Shown here: positions 1 to 11,777 of the stretch, piece after piece
Layout: every line of letters starts with the position of its first letter
Position numbering within the stretch: the stretch's first letter is position 1
Assembly (NCBI RefSeq): GCF_001194135.2
Contig: NC_068981.1
Location: forward strand, 143,508,621-143,572,620
Source: Octopus bimaculoides
Lineage: Eukaryota
Length of the DNA stretch: 64,000 nt
Direction of reading: 5' to 3'
Notes under the pieces: generated by a model
What the model saw: the letters and a program-made list of their open reading frames with translations, nothing else
Database searches by the model: none
Told to the model about the DNA's origin: nothing
Position numbers and translations under genes: made by a program

Positions 1-429
1 GGTCGTCGTGGTGGCTGAAGTGCAATAGCCACCCTCTATTTTAGTATAGAACAATATATTCTTTCGTGTTTGAAAAAGTATGACTAGAGAAAGAGATTAA
101 GAGAGAGAGAGAGAGAGACAGAGAGAGAGAGAGATAAAGAAAGAGACTGAAAAAGAGAGAGATTTGATTGCTAAAACTGGGAAGTTGATCGACTGTGTAC
201 TGTTTCTATCGGATCAACCTATATGTTAAGAAGAAAAAAAGGGTTTACAATTTATATGAAAGTGCGAAAGACTTATAGTCATGGCTTTTGTAAAAGCATT
301 AACCACGTGAAAGAAGTATGTTGGATTATTAGGTTAGTTGAGTTATTTTGTGCGCTTGGCTTAATCAAAGGAGGGGCGGAGCACCCCTGTCCCCTTTAAA
401 GGGACTTAAGGGAGTATAATGTAAATATA

Positions 430-1900
430 AATTGGATATTAATATAGAATGTTACCCCGTTGCATAAATCTATCTACAAAATGCCCAATGTACTCCGATA
501 CAAAGGATCGTGCCTTCAATGGTTTTGACGTCATCTTCTGCTAATCCTGATTAGTAAATTATCAGCTTCTGCTGGTAAAGGTCTTAAATTTGTTCATGTC
601 GTCTCAGTATAGTATCCATGCATTGCATAGTAAGAGTAATGTTCAAACAATGACAGTTCTATACAGCTTCCTATAGCTTGAGTTAGATTTGCAGCTTAAA
701 GCTTTTGTTTGTAAAGTCACAGTACCATAGTCCTACCAGAAGCAACAGGACCAAATATTTATCAGAGTTGCATAGCTCCATGAAAAGATTTAAAAGAGAG
801 GGAATATAATCTCCGGGCCAAATGAGTTTATTGAAAACGGTAATGGCTAAATCTGGAACGTTTAATCTTGGAAAATGTGTGAGAACTTTGGTTATCTGCA
901 CGTTGATTATAAAACCAAAAATACTGCATTCTAAGCGACAGTTGTACGTCTTTATATGCGTATACCGACGAGACATTGCCATCTGAATTGGTCAATACGG
1001 TGATGTAAGTGGTATTCTTCAGTTTTGCGAGCTGAGTGCAGACATTTTGAAAAAGTTCTCTGTCTAAATATCTAATCTCTATTCTCAAACAGATGTTTTT
1101 AATAGTTTGTGGAGTAGGTTTTCCTGGAAGGTGAAGAACAGAGCTGAGGCCCGTACACATGTTCTGTCTGTCAGTAATCAGATCCCCTTCAGTTGCTGAG
1201 ATGAGATACATGTCCAAGCATTGTCACTGTATATTTCTCAGATGAATATCACGAACTGACCAAAGTAACCAAAGTGTTTAGCACTCACATGGCTGATGTA
1301 CTCACACTTTCGAAGGTCATTTCCAGGTTGTAGAAAAAAAATATTTGTTGCTCTTCGTTATAATTCATCAACCGGTCCAGCACAGAACATTATGTCGGTT
1401 ATTCTTCTAGAGGTTTGAAATTCTTACCGTGGCTTGGACAATACCGTCTCAAAGATAACTTGTACGATGTCGAACATTGCTTTATCAAACGCTATTCCTA
1501 CGATAGAAGATTATCTACTGTAGAAGTAGACACTGATGCAGTGTTTCTCTTCATTAATAATGGTTAAAATATTGGTATATTTCAAATCCATAAAACAGCT
1601 CTGGACGCTTTCGAAATATGTGAGAGAAAATCTCCCTCTTTAAACGGAAAAATCATTTATGAATGATTTCCATGGATATGTTGTGACAACCAATATTTTT
1701 ATAACGCTGTGTTCTATTGATAGCTTCAAAGATATTAGAATGTATGCAGGACGGTCAAGCATGCCTCGAAGAAATTCTTCAGCGGTAATGAACATCATTT
1801 TTTTTTTATCACGAACAGCTGCATTTGCTTTCAAACAATGTTTATCAAGGAATGACTTATTTCAACTCTTCAAGGTCTTCAATTTTCAGAAATACTACGA
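430..1900 (-). mobile_element. Decayed RTE-clade LINE, reverse transcriptase region
   Basis: Minus-strand translation across frameshifts and stops gives ordered RTE-like segments: EFQTSRRITDIMFC..MTFESVS (cf. GFRxxRGTIDMIF..KAFDTVS), IRYLDRELFQ, CSIFGFIINVQITKVL (cf. CDNFGLTISTKKTEVM), RKLYRTVIV*TLLLLCNAWILY (cf. KVYRAVVLPTLLYACETW). Outer boundaries approximate. Confidence 0.7.
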
Positions 1901-2238
1901 CACATGTATTTATTTAACCTGTGTGCATATGTATGCCATTGTTCTGTTTTATTTGAAGATTTCTTGCCAATAGAGAAAAAGACTGGTATGTATGTATGTA
2001 TGTATGCATAAATGAATGTATGTATGATGTGCCTGTATGTATGTATCTATCTCTTCATCTATCCATTTATCCATCTTAAGGGGATGTTTTTATGCGGCCT
2101 GCTTGTTTGTTGCACCTAGTTTACCATTTTGTCCTTGTTCTTTTGCCACGTCATGTACCCAGTTATGTATCTATATGTACATGTAGATGAACCTATATAC
2201 ATACATGTACATATATATGGATATACTCATATATTGTT

Positions 2239-2296
<58 letters not shown>

Positions 2297-2533
2297 TGTA
2301 CTTACACGCATGCAACTATACACACACTCATGGGTGTGTGAGTGTGTGTTGTGTGTAGGTATGTCCAAGATGTACCAAAGAATACTCAGTGCCAAAAGCT
2401 GAGAATTGTTTATGATTATTGGAACGTTGAATCCAGTCTCGTGGTGCGGAACATGAAATTCGAATAACTAGATAGAAGCTACTAGCTTGAATAAACATTA
2501 ATTACGTGTGTGAGTAAATATATATATATATAT

Positions 2534-2606
<73 letters not shown>

Positions 2607-2937
2607 ATGCATGCACTAATACAAATACACACACACACACACGAGTACAGAATGAGAGAGGGAGATGAGTGCGTATAATTTTTTTATAATTACAATGCAC
2701 TCATTCACTTGATACGGACGGCAATACAAAACACGTTGATCATTTTGCCAAAAAGCTAGCTTCCGATTTATGTAGGATGTAGACGGTGCTGTCGTTGTTT
2801 CAGAATTTAGATAAATTGATACACACACATATATATATATGTATATATATATATATAAGTAAATGAGTATATGCATATATACGTACAGGTATGTGCATAC
2901 CGACATATATATATATAGATATATATATATATATATA

Positions 2938-3760
2938 NNNNNNNNNNNNNNNNNNNNNNNNNNNNNNNNNNNNNNNNNNNNNNNNNNNNNNNNNNNNNNN
3001 NNNNNNNNNNNNNNNNNNNNNNNNNNNNNNNNNNNNNNNNNNNNNNNNNNNNNNNNNNNNNNNNNNNNNNNNNNNNNNNNNNNNNNNNNNNNNNNNNNNN
3101 NNNNNNNNNNNNNNNNNNNNNNNNNNNNNNNNNNNNNNNNNNNNNNNNNNNNNNNNNNNNNNNNNNNNNNNNNNNNNNNNNNNNNNNNNNNNNNNNNNNN
3201 NNNNNNNNNNNNNNNNNNNNNNNNNNNNNNNNNNNNNNNNNNNNNNNNNNNNNNNNNNNNNNNNNNNNNNNNNNNNNNNNNNNNNNNNNNNNNNNNNNNN
3301 NNNNNNNNNNNNNNNNNNNNNNNNNNNNNNNNNNNNNNNNNNNNNNNNNNNNNNNNNNNNNNNNNNNNNNNNNNNNNNNNNNNNNNNNNNNNNNNNNNNN
3401 NNNNNNNNNNNNNNNNNNNNNNNNNNNNNNNNNNNNNNNNNNNNNNNNNNNNNNNNNNNNNNNNNNNNNNNNNNNNNNNNNNNNNNNNNNNNNNNNNNNN
3501 NNNNNNNNNNNNNNNNNNNNNNNNNNNNNNNNNNNNNNNNNNNNNNNNNNNNNNNNNNNNNNNNNNNNNNNNNNNNNNNNNNNNNNNNNNNNNNNNNNNN
3601 NNNNNNNNNNNNNNNNNNNNNNNNNNNNNNNNNNNNNNNNNNNNNNNNNNNNNNNNNNNNNNNNNNNNNNNNNNNNNNNNNNNNNNNNNNNNNNNNNNNN
3701 NNNNNNNNNNNNNNNNNNNNNNNNNNNNNNNNNNNNNNNNNNNNNNNNNNNNNNNNNNNN
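2938..3760. other. Assembly gap (N-run) flanked by (TA)n. Other gaps: 4707-4716, 7054-7063, 18605-19418, 22978-23149, 28838-29188, 30682-30868, 33687-33817, 35538-35608, 41187-41655, 48637-48949, 54076-54745, 62955-63085
   Basis: N-runs read directly; each lies next to a microsatellite. Confidence 0.99.
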
Positions 3761-3809
3761 ATATATATAAACTGATACTACATATATTCTTTTTCTTTCT
3801 CTCTTTTCC

Positions 3810-3856
<47 letters not shown>

Positions 3857-4051
3857 ATATATATATATGTGTGTGTGTGAGTGTGTGTGTGTATTTATAA
3901 TCTTTATAATCTTTATACAGATACAAATACATATACATATACGTTTACGTAAATATGTGCATGCATATATATATCTCTACATATGTGCGTGTGTGTTTGT
4001 GTGTGTGAGAGTGTGAGTGTGTGTGCGCGCGTGTGTGTGTGTGTGTGTGTA

Positions 4052-4082
<31 letters not shown>

Positions 4083-4648
4083 AAGCAATTTATGTATTTT
4101 CAAATTACAGCCTACTGTAACATCAACCCACTGATAGCTACAGACCAATTTCAGCAAAAGCACACAAGTTTAGAGAAATACAACGTAGAATGTCCACTAG
4201 TGAGAAGTACATACCAAATACAAACTGTTTATACATACAGAAACACATGCATATAGATATGCGTGCGCGCGTGTTAGTGCATGTGTTGTGCGTACAGAAA
4301 CAAGTTTACAGATTTTGTTAATGCGCGTTGACTACTCGGTTGGGTGTTGAACTGTTGATCATAAGAAGATGTTTTCCATTCTTAAACTGGGCATCAATAC
4401 TGTATTTAGGCTGAGTACCCTGTTCCTCAACTGATGTGTATAACACTGGAATGTGGTGGAGTTCGCTCTCATTTTCGCTTTGCCCATACTGGATTTCTCA
4501 CTAGATCAAGTGCATATTTAAGTTTTTACCTGGTCGTTTACTCGGTGTGGCTTGTATAATCTACCAATTGGTATGAAGGAAAGCATTGCTAATAAACGAT
4601 TGCATAACCTGCGACATACGGGTTCGCACGCGCACACGCACGCGCACA

Positions 4649-4679
<31 letters not shown>

Positions 4680-4728
4680 CACACACACACACGCGCGCAA
4701 ATAGATNNNNNNNNNNAATAGATCAAAA

Positions 4729-6330
4729 CACTAGTGTGCAACAAAATTTTCATTGCTGGACCAACTTAATTTGAATTAGAAAAATAAATGTATAAGCAGA
4801 TGATTACAGACATGTAAAGCACAATCCAAATTAACGAGAAACAACGTAAAAAGGCTGAGCATTTCTTATACAGATGTCATTTAGAGCGAAATGGACAAGA
4901 AGGAGATAAACATTTCATTTAACGACAGCAAAGGATTTAAACCAATATAAAATAGACGGGAATTTAATTCAAAGATCATCGAGCCAGAATAAAACAAAAT
5001 ATCACAAGAAGTCTAATCCCGCCTCAGTTTTCGACTGTTAATTACTCCCTATTTCGAGCTTTTAACGACAATATAGGAAAATTTCATTAAATAGCAGCAT
5101 CCAGAAATTTTTTAAATATAACATTTCTGGAGAGTTAGAGCTTCGAACAAGCAAACAACGACAGCGTGGACATACAAAGCAAATAATCGACAATATACAC
5201 ACACACACACTGGTCAACACACCTTTTGCTGACTTCGGTTTGTGATTATTTTTAGTTAATTTTGAGATGCTGATTTCAAATATGGCATCCATTTCTTCTT
5301 AACACATCAGGTTTTCCTTCTATAACATACCCCTATTTTATGAGGAAACATGGATATTTTGTTAACGCTCCTTGTTGGAGGGTATACAAAAGTAAAAAGT
5401 TGACCATTTTTTTAGATCCACCAATATGACCCAATTGTGTTCATCGTACTTACGTAAATCTAATTCAACTTTTATATGATCATAATTCTTTTTTAAGTCT
5501 ACAGACTGACCAGTACGAAGCGCACCAAACAAGTTTTCATGATAGAGTAATACACATTTTAGACACTTATTTGAACAATCTATAAAGAGTCTCCATTCAT
5601 TCGGATCATACTGTTCCACATCCATCATCTTTAACATTAAACAAAATCTGTTCCGGTTGTAAAGAATGCCAAGAGATCTTTTTTACTTGATCTGATAAAA
5701 ATCCAAGTTTGTTTCTTTCTGCAACAAATTCTCCTCTTTAAGCCTAGAAGCTAACAGCTCTGATAACTCTTTTGACAATCCTAGGTCTGTAACTAAATCA
5801 TTAAGTTCTGCTTAGTTAAAGTCTTCACGCTCTTTGATTGATGCTTCTACAAAGTCTATATCACCGTCATGTTCATGATTTATATCTACTTCACATGTAT
5901 CACTTCCACCTTGCAGTGAAAGTAGATCCTTGAAAACAGGTACTGGTATTTCATCTGAGTGATGCACTGGATGAATTGCTGAATTCAAACTGGAGTAACT
6001 TATTTTTTGGTCACATTCTTTTGCTATAACAAGAAGCATTTGTGAGATAAAAGTAGCAATCGTTTATGTTTTCTTAGCTCGCACCATATCATAGGAATGC
6101 CAAATGTTAGTTGTTTCCTTGTGCTCTTTGTCTACTGGCGTAGATTTTTGACAAGGTTTACATGCATTTTGCAGTTCCAAGATTTATCCTGATCACCAAC
6201 TTTAATCTTTAAGTAAGCCAAGTAGGATATTTTCACAATGTCACTAACGTCCGTTCTTTGACTTGGTACTGTAAAACACGCACATATATAACCAAAAGAG
6301 TGAGAGGACTTCAGACGTTTCACACATGGA
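4729..6330 (-). mobile_element. Chapaev3-like (CMC superfamily) DNA transposon, decayed transposase with one terminus
   Basis: ORF-track fragments in colinear order: YICACFTVPSQRTDVSDIVKISYLAYLKIKVGDQDKSW (N-terminal zinc-finger region), SAIHPVHHSDEIPVPVF, EWRLFIDCSNKCLKCVLLYHEN..YDEHNWVILVDLKK. Putative terminus CACTAGTGTGCAACAAAA at 4729. Superfamily assigned from recalled motifs. Confidence 0.7.
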
Positions 6331-6483
6331 GCAACGGGCGGGGCTAATATGGGCCAGCCCATAGAATAGAGATAGACGTGATGCAAAAGAACTATTGTCA
6401 AGATAGATATAGATAGAGATATATACATACATATACATATAAATATATAACATATAAAATATATACATTCGCGCACGCACATG

Positions 6484-6526
<43 letters not shown>

Positions 6527-6717
6527 TATATGTGTGTGCGTGTGTATGTGTGTGTGTGTGTGTGTATGAATTCACAAATTTCATTTCAAATATAATGATG
6601 GTATCGTTGGAGAGCCATAGTCAAATACGACATTTTTTTAGCTTTCTAAACTTGCCACTCTCCAAGATCAACCACTCCTGATTTCTTTGACATTGAGGGT
6701 GAGAGAAACGGAGAGAA

Positions 6718-6792
<75 letters not shown>

Positions 6793-7015
6793 GAGAGGAA
6801 AGGTGAAATCAGAAGCGGAAGTAATCACATTAGAGATTTGGTTCTTTATCAACACCAAAAAAGATGAGCGAAATTGAGTCTCGCGGTATTTCTAATAGAG
6901 AGTAATGCAAATCTGTGTATCCAACGCTCACTCAAATGCATAGTCACACACACACACACACACTCATACATACACACAGACACTTAATCTCTGTCTCATA
7001 CACACACCAACTCTT

Positions 7016-7050
<35 letters not shown>

Positions 7051-7063
7051 GACNNNNNNNNNN

Positions 7064-7099
<36 letters not shown>

Positions 7100-7565
7100 G
7101 ACGCAGAAAAATACATGCATACATAATAATATTAGCCCTCACTCACAAGCGATAATTATTTTCTACACTAATTATTTTTTGGTATAATGCAGTCATGGTC
7201 TGCCATCAACACACTTTCTTCTTCCTTCTCTCTTCAGGTAATAAAATATCCAATATAAAATGATAGGGGAAAGGGGTAACGCTGCATTCAGATAGTAAAC
7301 ATGTTCATCAGAAACAACTGGAAAAACGTGAAATGAAATGGGTTCACCACCAAATTCCAGATCGCTGCCCGATCAAGTAATCAAACTCATGACATTACTG
7401 GTTGTGAGCCCAAAACCATAACCAATATGTCACACACGTAGACTATACACTCTCCTACACATGTGTGTACGTTTGTGTGTGTGAGTGTGTGTGTGTGCGT
7501 GTGTGTGTGTGTGCGTGTGTTAATGTGCGTTAGTGTGTGCTTAAATGCGACTCTATTTTGTCAAT

Positions 7566-7986
7566 TTACTCTCTTTTACTCTTTTACTCTTTTACTTGTT
7601 TCAGTCGTTTGACAGCGGCCATGCTGGAGCACCGCCTTTAGTCGAGCAAATCGACCCCAGGATTTATTCTTTGGGTGCCTAGTACTTATTCTATCGGTCT
7701 CTTTTGCCGAACCGCTAAGTTGCAGGGACATAAACACACCAGCATCGGTTGTCAAGCGATGCTGGGGGAACAAACACAGACACAAACATATACACACACA
7801 TACATTCACATATATATATACATATATACGACGAGCTTCTTTCAGTTTCCGTCTACCAAATCCACTCACAAGGCTTTGGTCGGCCTGAGGCTATAGTAGA
7901 ATACACCTACCTAAGGTTCCACGCAGTGGGAATAAACCCGGAACCATGTGGTTGGTAAGCTGCTTACCACACAGCCACTCCTCCGC
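7566..7986 (-). mobile_element. tRNA-derived SINE, family A (CORE-like octopus SINE)
   Basis: Reverse complement has A-box (TGGCTGTGTGGT), B-box (GGTTCCGGGTTTATTCC), internal TA/CA microsatellite and 3' tail GGCGGTGCTCCAGCATGGCCGCTGTCAAACGACTGAAACAAGTAAAAGA; recurs many times in the window. Confidence 0.9.
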
Positions 7987-8049
7987 AATTTGTTCATGTT
8001 TTCACAAAAAGTCCTTGGAAAGCGTTTGAAATGGCTATAGTTCTGATAA

Positions 8050-8800
8050 ATTTTATCTGTTTCTAGACTTACATAGTCATATCTTTAGGATGGATTGATT
8101 GTTGCGTTTGTTGCTATCGCTTTATATTAGGACAGTGACCGTTTTAACTGAAGTACACATTAGACCCGGAATTCAATTATATTCACCGTTTCATTTGTAC
8201 ATACGTCAAGTATTTATTCCTGTTTGTGAGAACCGTATCTTGCCAGTATGTTTATTCGAGCCTTTTCCTGTAGTCCAGAATTGCCTCCATTATTCACCAT
8301 CTATTTTGTGGAACTATTCTCTACAGCATAAATTTGTTACTGCCTAATCAACTTTTGCTTCGTATTTTGGTACAGATCGTTTGAATTATCCTTTATTGTA
8401 AATTCACAGTGAGCTGTTGAGAGACAGTTGTACTTGAATAGGTAAAATAACGCATTGTGCAATGAAGTTTTCAACTTTCACTTTTTCAATAACATCCGTA
8501 AATCCCATTAATCAGTACTTGCCTATTGGTACGTTTACATGCTTATCGGTTGCTATTGATCAGAACGGTTTTTAATTTTAGTATCTTTGTAGAATATTAT
8601 TGGTGCTAGTTTATGTTTTGGAGTAATGCAGTTTGCGTTCAGCTTTATGAGATTTTTGGTAATGTGTACATCTATTCCTGCAGTTAAATTGCATTTCATT
8701 TATGCTAGACTTATATGTGGTTTGTATAAAGTTTTATAGGTGTGCCGTCTGATGCATATGTTCTGTTGTATTTGCGTCTCTATCTTCTAAGGCTTGATCT
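8050..8800 (-). mobile_element. Decayed Penelope-like element, GIY-YIG endonuclease region
   Basis: Minus-strand translation YFTYSSTTVSQQLTVNLQ..QNRW*IMEAIL resembles the PLE motif YIGxTTTTLSRRLTxHL..RLxILEAILI; heavily degraded. Confidence 0.45.
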
Positions 8801-9659
8801 AATAATTGTTAGAACAGTCAGACAGATAACATACACTAATCAGAAGCCTAAATAAATACACGACTGATGACGTAAAACTCTAACAGTCAACAATTCAGTA
8901 CTGCGTCTGATACTTATATTATTAATACCTTTTATCTCTTTTATCAAAGTGTCTTTGGTTTAAAAGGACGTAACGCAGCACACCAGTTTTACATCGACAG
9001 ATCATGCATGCAGAAACACTACACGCACAAATACACGCATGCACACAAAATCGTACAAACACGCACATATACATATGTATATACAAATTAAATACGATCT
9101 CCTGATATTATGCACACACGAGCGCACGTACACACACACACATACACGCGCATACACACTTACACACATAAACGCATACACACATACACACATACACACA
9201 AACACACACAAGCACACACACACACGTACACGTACATATGAATACGTGAGCGCACGAGTGTAAATAATGTCAGTAGATTGTATTTACGGAATAATTCTCC
9301 GATAAATATAGAGAACTCGATAATTTTGTTAGAGTAAATTTACTACCCATATTAATTCAGTCTAGGTTATATCTCGTTTTCCATGGTTTCCTGCTCGGTG
9401 GAGAGCAAACCCTAGACGAAAGTTTGAATTCATTTCAAGAACTATCAGAAATGTTTTTTTTCCTATCCAACTCTGTTTGTTGGTTGCCACTGAGAATGGC
9501 AAGCTAAATAACGAGAAATAGAGTAGACTCCAATTAATATGTAGGCGATGCGAGCTCTCAGATACACGCATACTTACATCCAAAGTAACTCAGAGATATA
9601 TGAGTATACACGTGCTTGCTTGTCTCATGCGTATACACACAGAGACACACGCACCGATT

Positions 9660-9687
9660 GATAGATTAGATTAGATAAACAGACAGG

Positions 9688-9742
<55 letters not shown>
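9660..9742. repeat. (GATA)n microsatellite. Similar tracts at 14850-14977, 26240-26500 (GACA/GATA) and 44525-44665
   Basis: Read directly. Confidence 0.97.
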
Positions 9743-9744
<2 letters not shown>

Positions 9745-10087
9745 GTGTCAAAGTTATCACTACAGATTTTCTATAGAAATTATAACCAGAACTGATTTTG
9801 TTAAGAGGTTTCGTATCCGATACGACAGATGTAAAGAGAAAAATGAGATCGAAGATGAAAAAGTGGTAATGGGTGTATATGCCGTTTTTCGGGGATTTTT
9901 TGCTTTTTCAGTGGCCACCATCTAACCTATCAATCATCGACGAAGTCAGTTGGCTTTTTTAACAAATGAGCTCGTGGAATGGGGTAGATGGGTGGTGATG
10001 AAAGAGCAAATACCCCGGAAATATGGTATGTACGCCTGTTACCCATTTTTCCATCATCGATCTCTTTATATCTGACGTCCCGGAAGC

Positions 10088-10647
10088 GAGGTCCGGACCC
10101 TAGTAATACACTCATTTTCATACAGCCAATCAGAGCTCACCTAGAAAATTCACATACTGTGTACAACTACAGCACAGCCAGTCAGGCATAGAATGGTGTA
10201 TGACACTCTATGAATACAGCATTGCAGGTCTCACATAAGCACCACATCCCCCACATAAGTACCATCCTCATAGATCAATGGAGCATCATCTCTATATGGG
10301 GCTAATTTAGCAAAACGATACAACGATATTGATTACGATATTTCCAAATTAACACCTACATTTTAAATTACAAATGTAAAAGATCAGTCAAAAAATTAGG
10401 AAACTACACTCATTTACCTTTTCTAGTAAGCTACGCAAATTAGCAACGCTTATGGCATCACCGGTGAGCAGCTCTCCATTCACTTTATATACTAAATATC
10501 ATCCCTATTAACCCGTTTAGAACAGTTGGATTTTGCTATAACGCACATTTTCGACTGAACTCAACCAGAGTATTTTCGTGACTAGGTTTGATAATTCAGC
10601 TGTGATTGGCTGTGTGCAAATGAGTTCATAACTAGGGTCCGAAACTC
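10088..10647. mobile_element. Putative non-autonomous element bounded by 50-bp imperfect inverted repeats
   Basis: 10088-10137 vs reverse complement of 10598-10647: 42/50 identical; both arms contain a CAGCCAATCA motif. Confidence 0.5.
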
Positions 10648-11264
10648 TCGCGTGGAAAAAAGATTTCGCGTCCAGGAAACGAAATGTTACAAAAACAGCT
10701 TTGGCAAATATTTCTATAGAATATCTGTAGGGTTGACGTTAACACGTGATTTAAATGTACTGCTCACACAGTAGTATACAGTATTGACGTATAAAAATGT
10801 TTAATATACTTTATAGCATATTATGGTTGCATAACGAAAAACTGTGCGCCTACAAGTCATTAATATTTACATACAAGCTTCCAGAACTGTGTTTAATACG
10901 TAAATTGGTATATCAAATAACGTTACATGCGTATATGTAGAGGCTATATAACCAATGTGTTCGTGGATCATTATTGGGTTACATGAGTGCTGACGAAGGA
11001 GAAAAAACTCTCGACCATCTTTTCTCATCTTCGATCACATTGTTTGTTTACAGCTGGTGTCTTACATACGAAACGTCTCAACTAAATCAGATATCATTTC
11101 TATAGAAATACCGCCCCACAGGGTGTCGAATAATAATGAGGTGATAATATGGTGGCCGAAATGGGGCAATGGATGTAAAAAAAACTGTAGTGATGACATT
11201 AACATGTTATTTAATTGCACTGCTAACACAGTAGTACACGGTATTCACGTTTAATATATTTGTA

Positions 11265-11322
<58 letters not shown>

Positions 11323-11487
11323 CTGTCTTTCTATGTGTGTGTATGTGTATGTGTGTGCATACGTAGGAATCATTAATGCGTATAGGTGAGATAATACTCA
11401 TCTCGTTCATAATATATCTTTCAACAAATGAAGAAAAGTTACAACATTTTCGCAGTTATCAGTGTTGCATACAGAAATCCATTAGAC

Positions 11488-11777
11488 TAGTGATTCCTAA
11501 AGTGGGTTGTACCACCACACTGGGTGCGGTGAAAAGATCCAGAGGGCGTCGGAGAAAAATGAGGCGATAATATAGTGACCAAAATGGGGCAATGGATGTA
11601 AAAACAAAACAAAGAAAAGAAAGGGTTAATTAGGTAAAGATTTGTAAAATACTGTTGTTTTGAATTGCCTGGTCTATGTCTGTGATTGTGATTGAAGGGG
11701 AAAGGGCACTTGGAATGTGGCCTTGAAATGAAGGTGGGCGGGTGTGTTTGCAGCCTGAAAAGTTTGGGGAACCACTG
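11488..11777. mobile_element. hAT (Charlie-type) MITE
   Basis: Termini TAGTGATTCCTAAAG and AAGTTTGGGGAACCACTG; flanking 8-mers CATTAGAC / CATTAGTG (6/8) fit an 8-bp target-site duplication (TSD). Confidence 0.75.

Noticed and set aside
2616-3938. Long ORFs of 200-440 aa in the track (also at 18457-19592, 41046-41768, 53884-54909 and others)
   Set aside because: They consist of N-runs and dinucleotide or trinucleotide repeats, so they are artefacts
4700-4723. AATAGAT repeated on both sides of a 10-N gap
   Set aside because: Most likely a contig overlap at a scaffolding gap, not a biological duplication
9380-9520. Weak resemblance to a Helitron/PIF1 helicase C-terminal motif (FSHGQLYV)
   Set aside because: It needs frameshifts and matches too few residues
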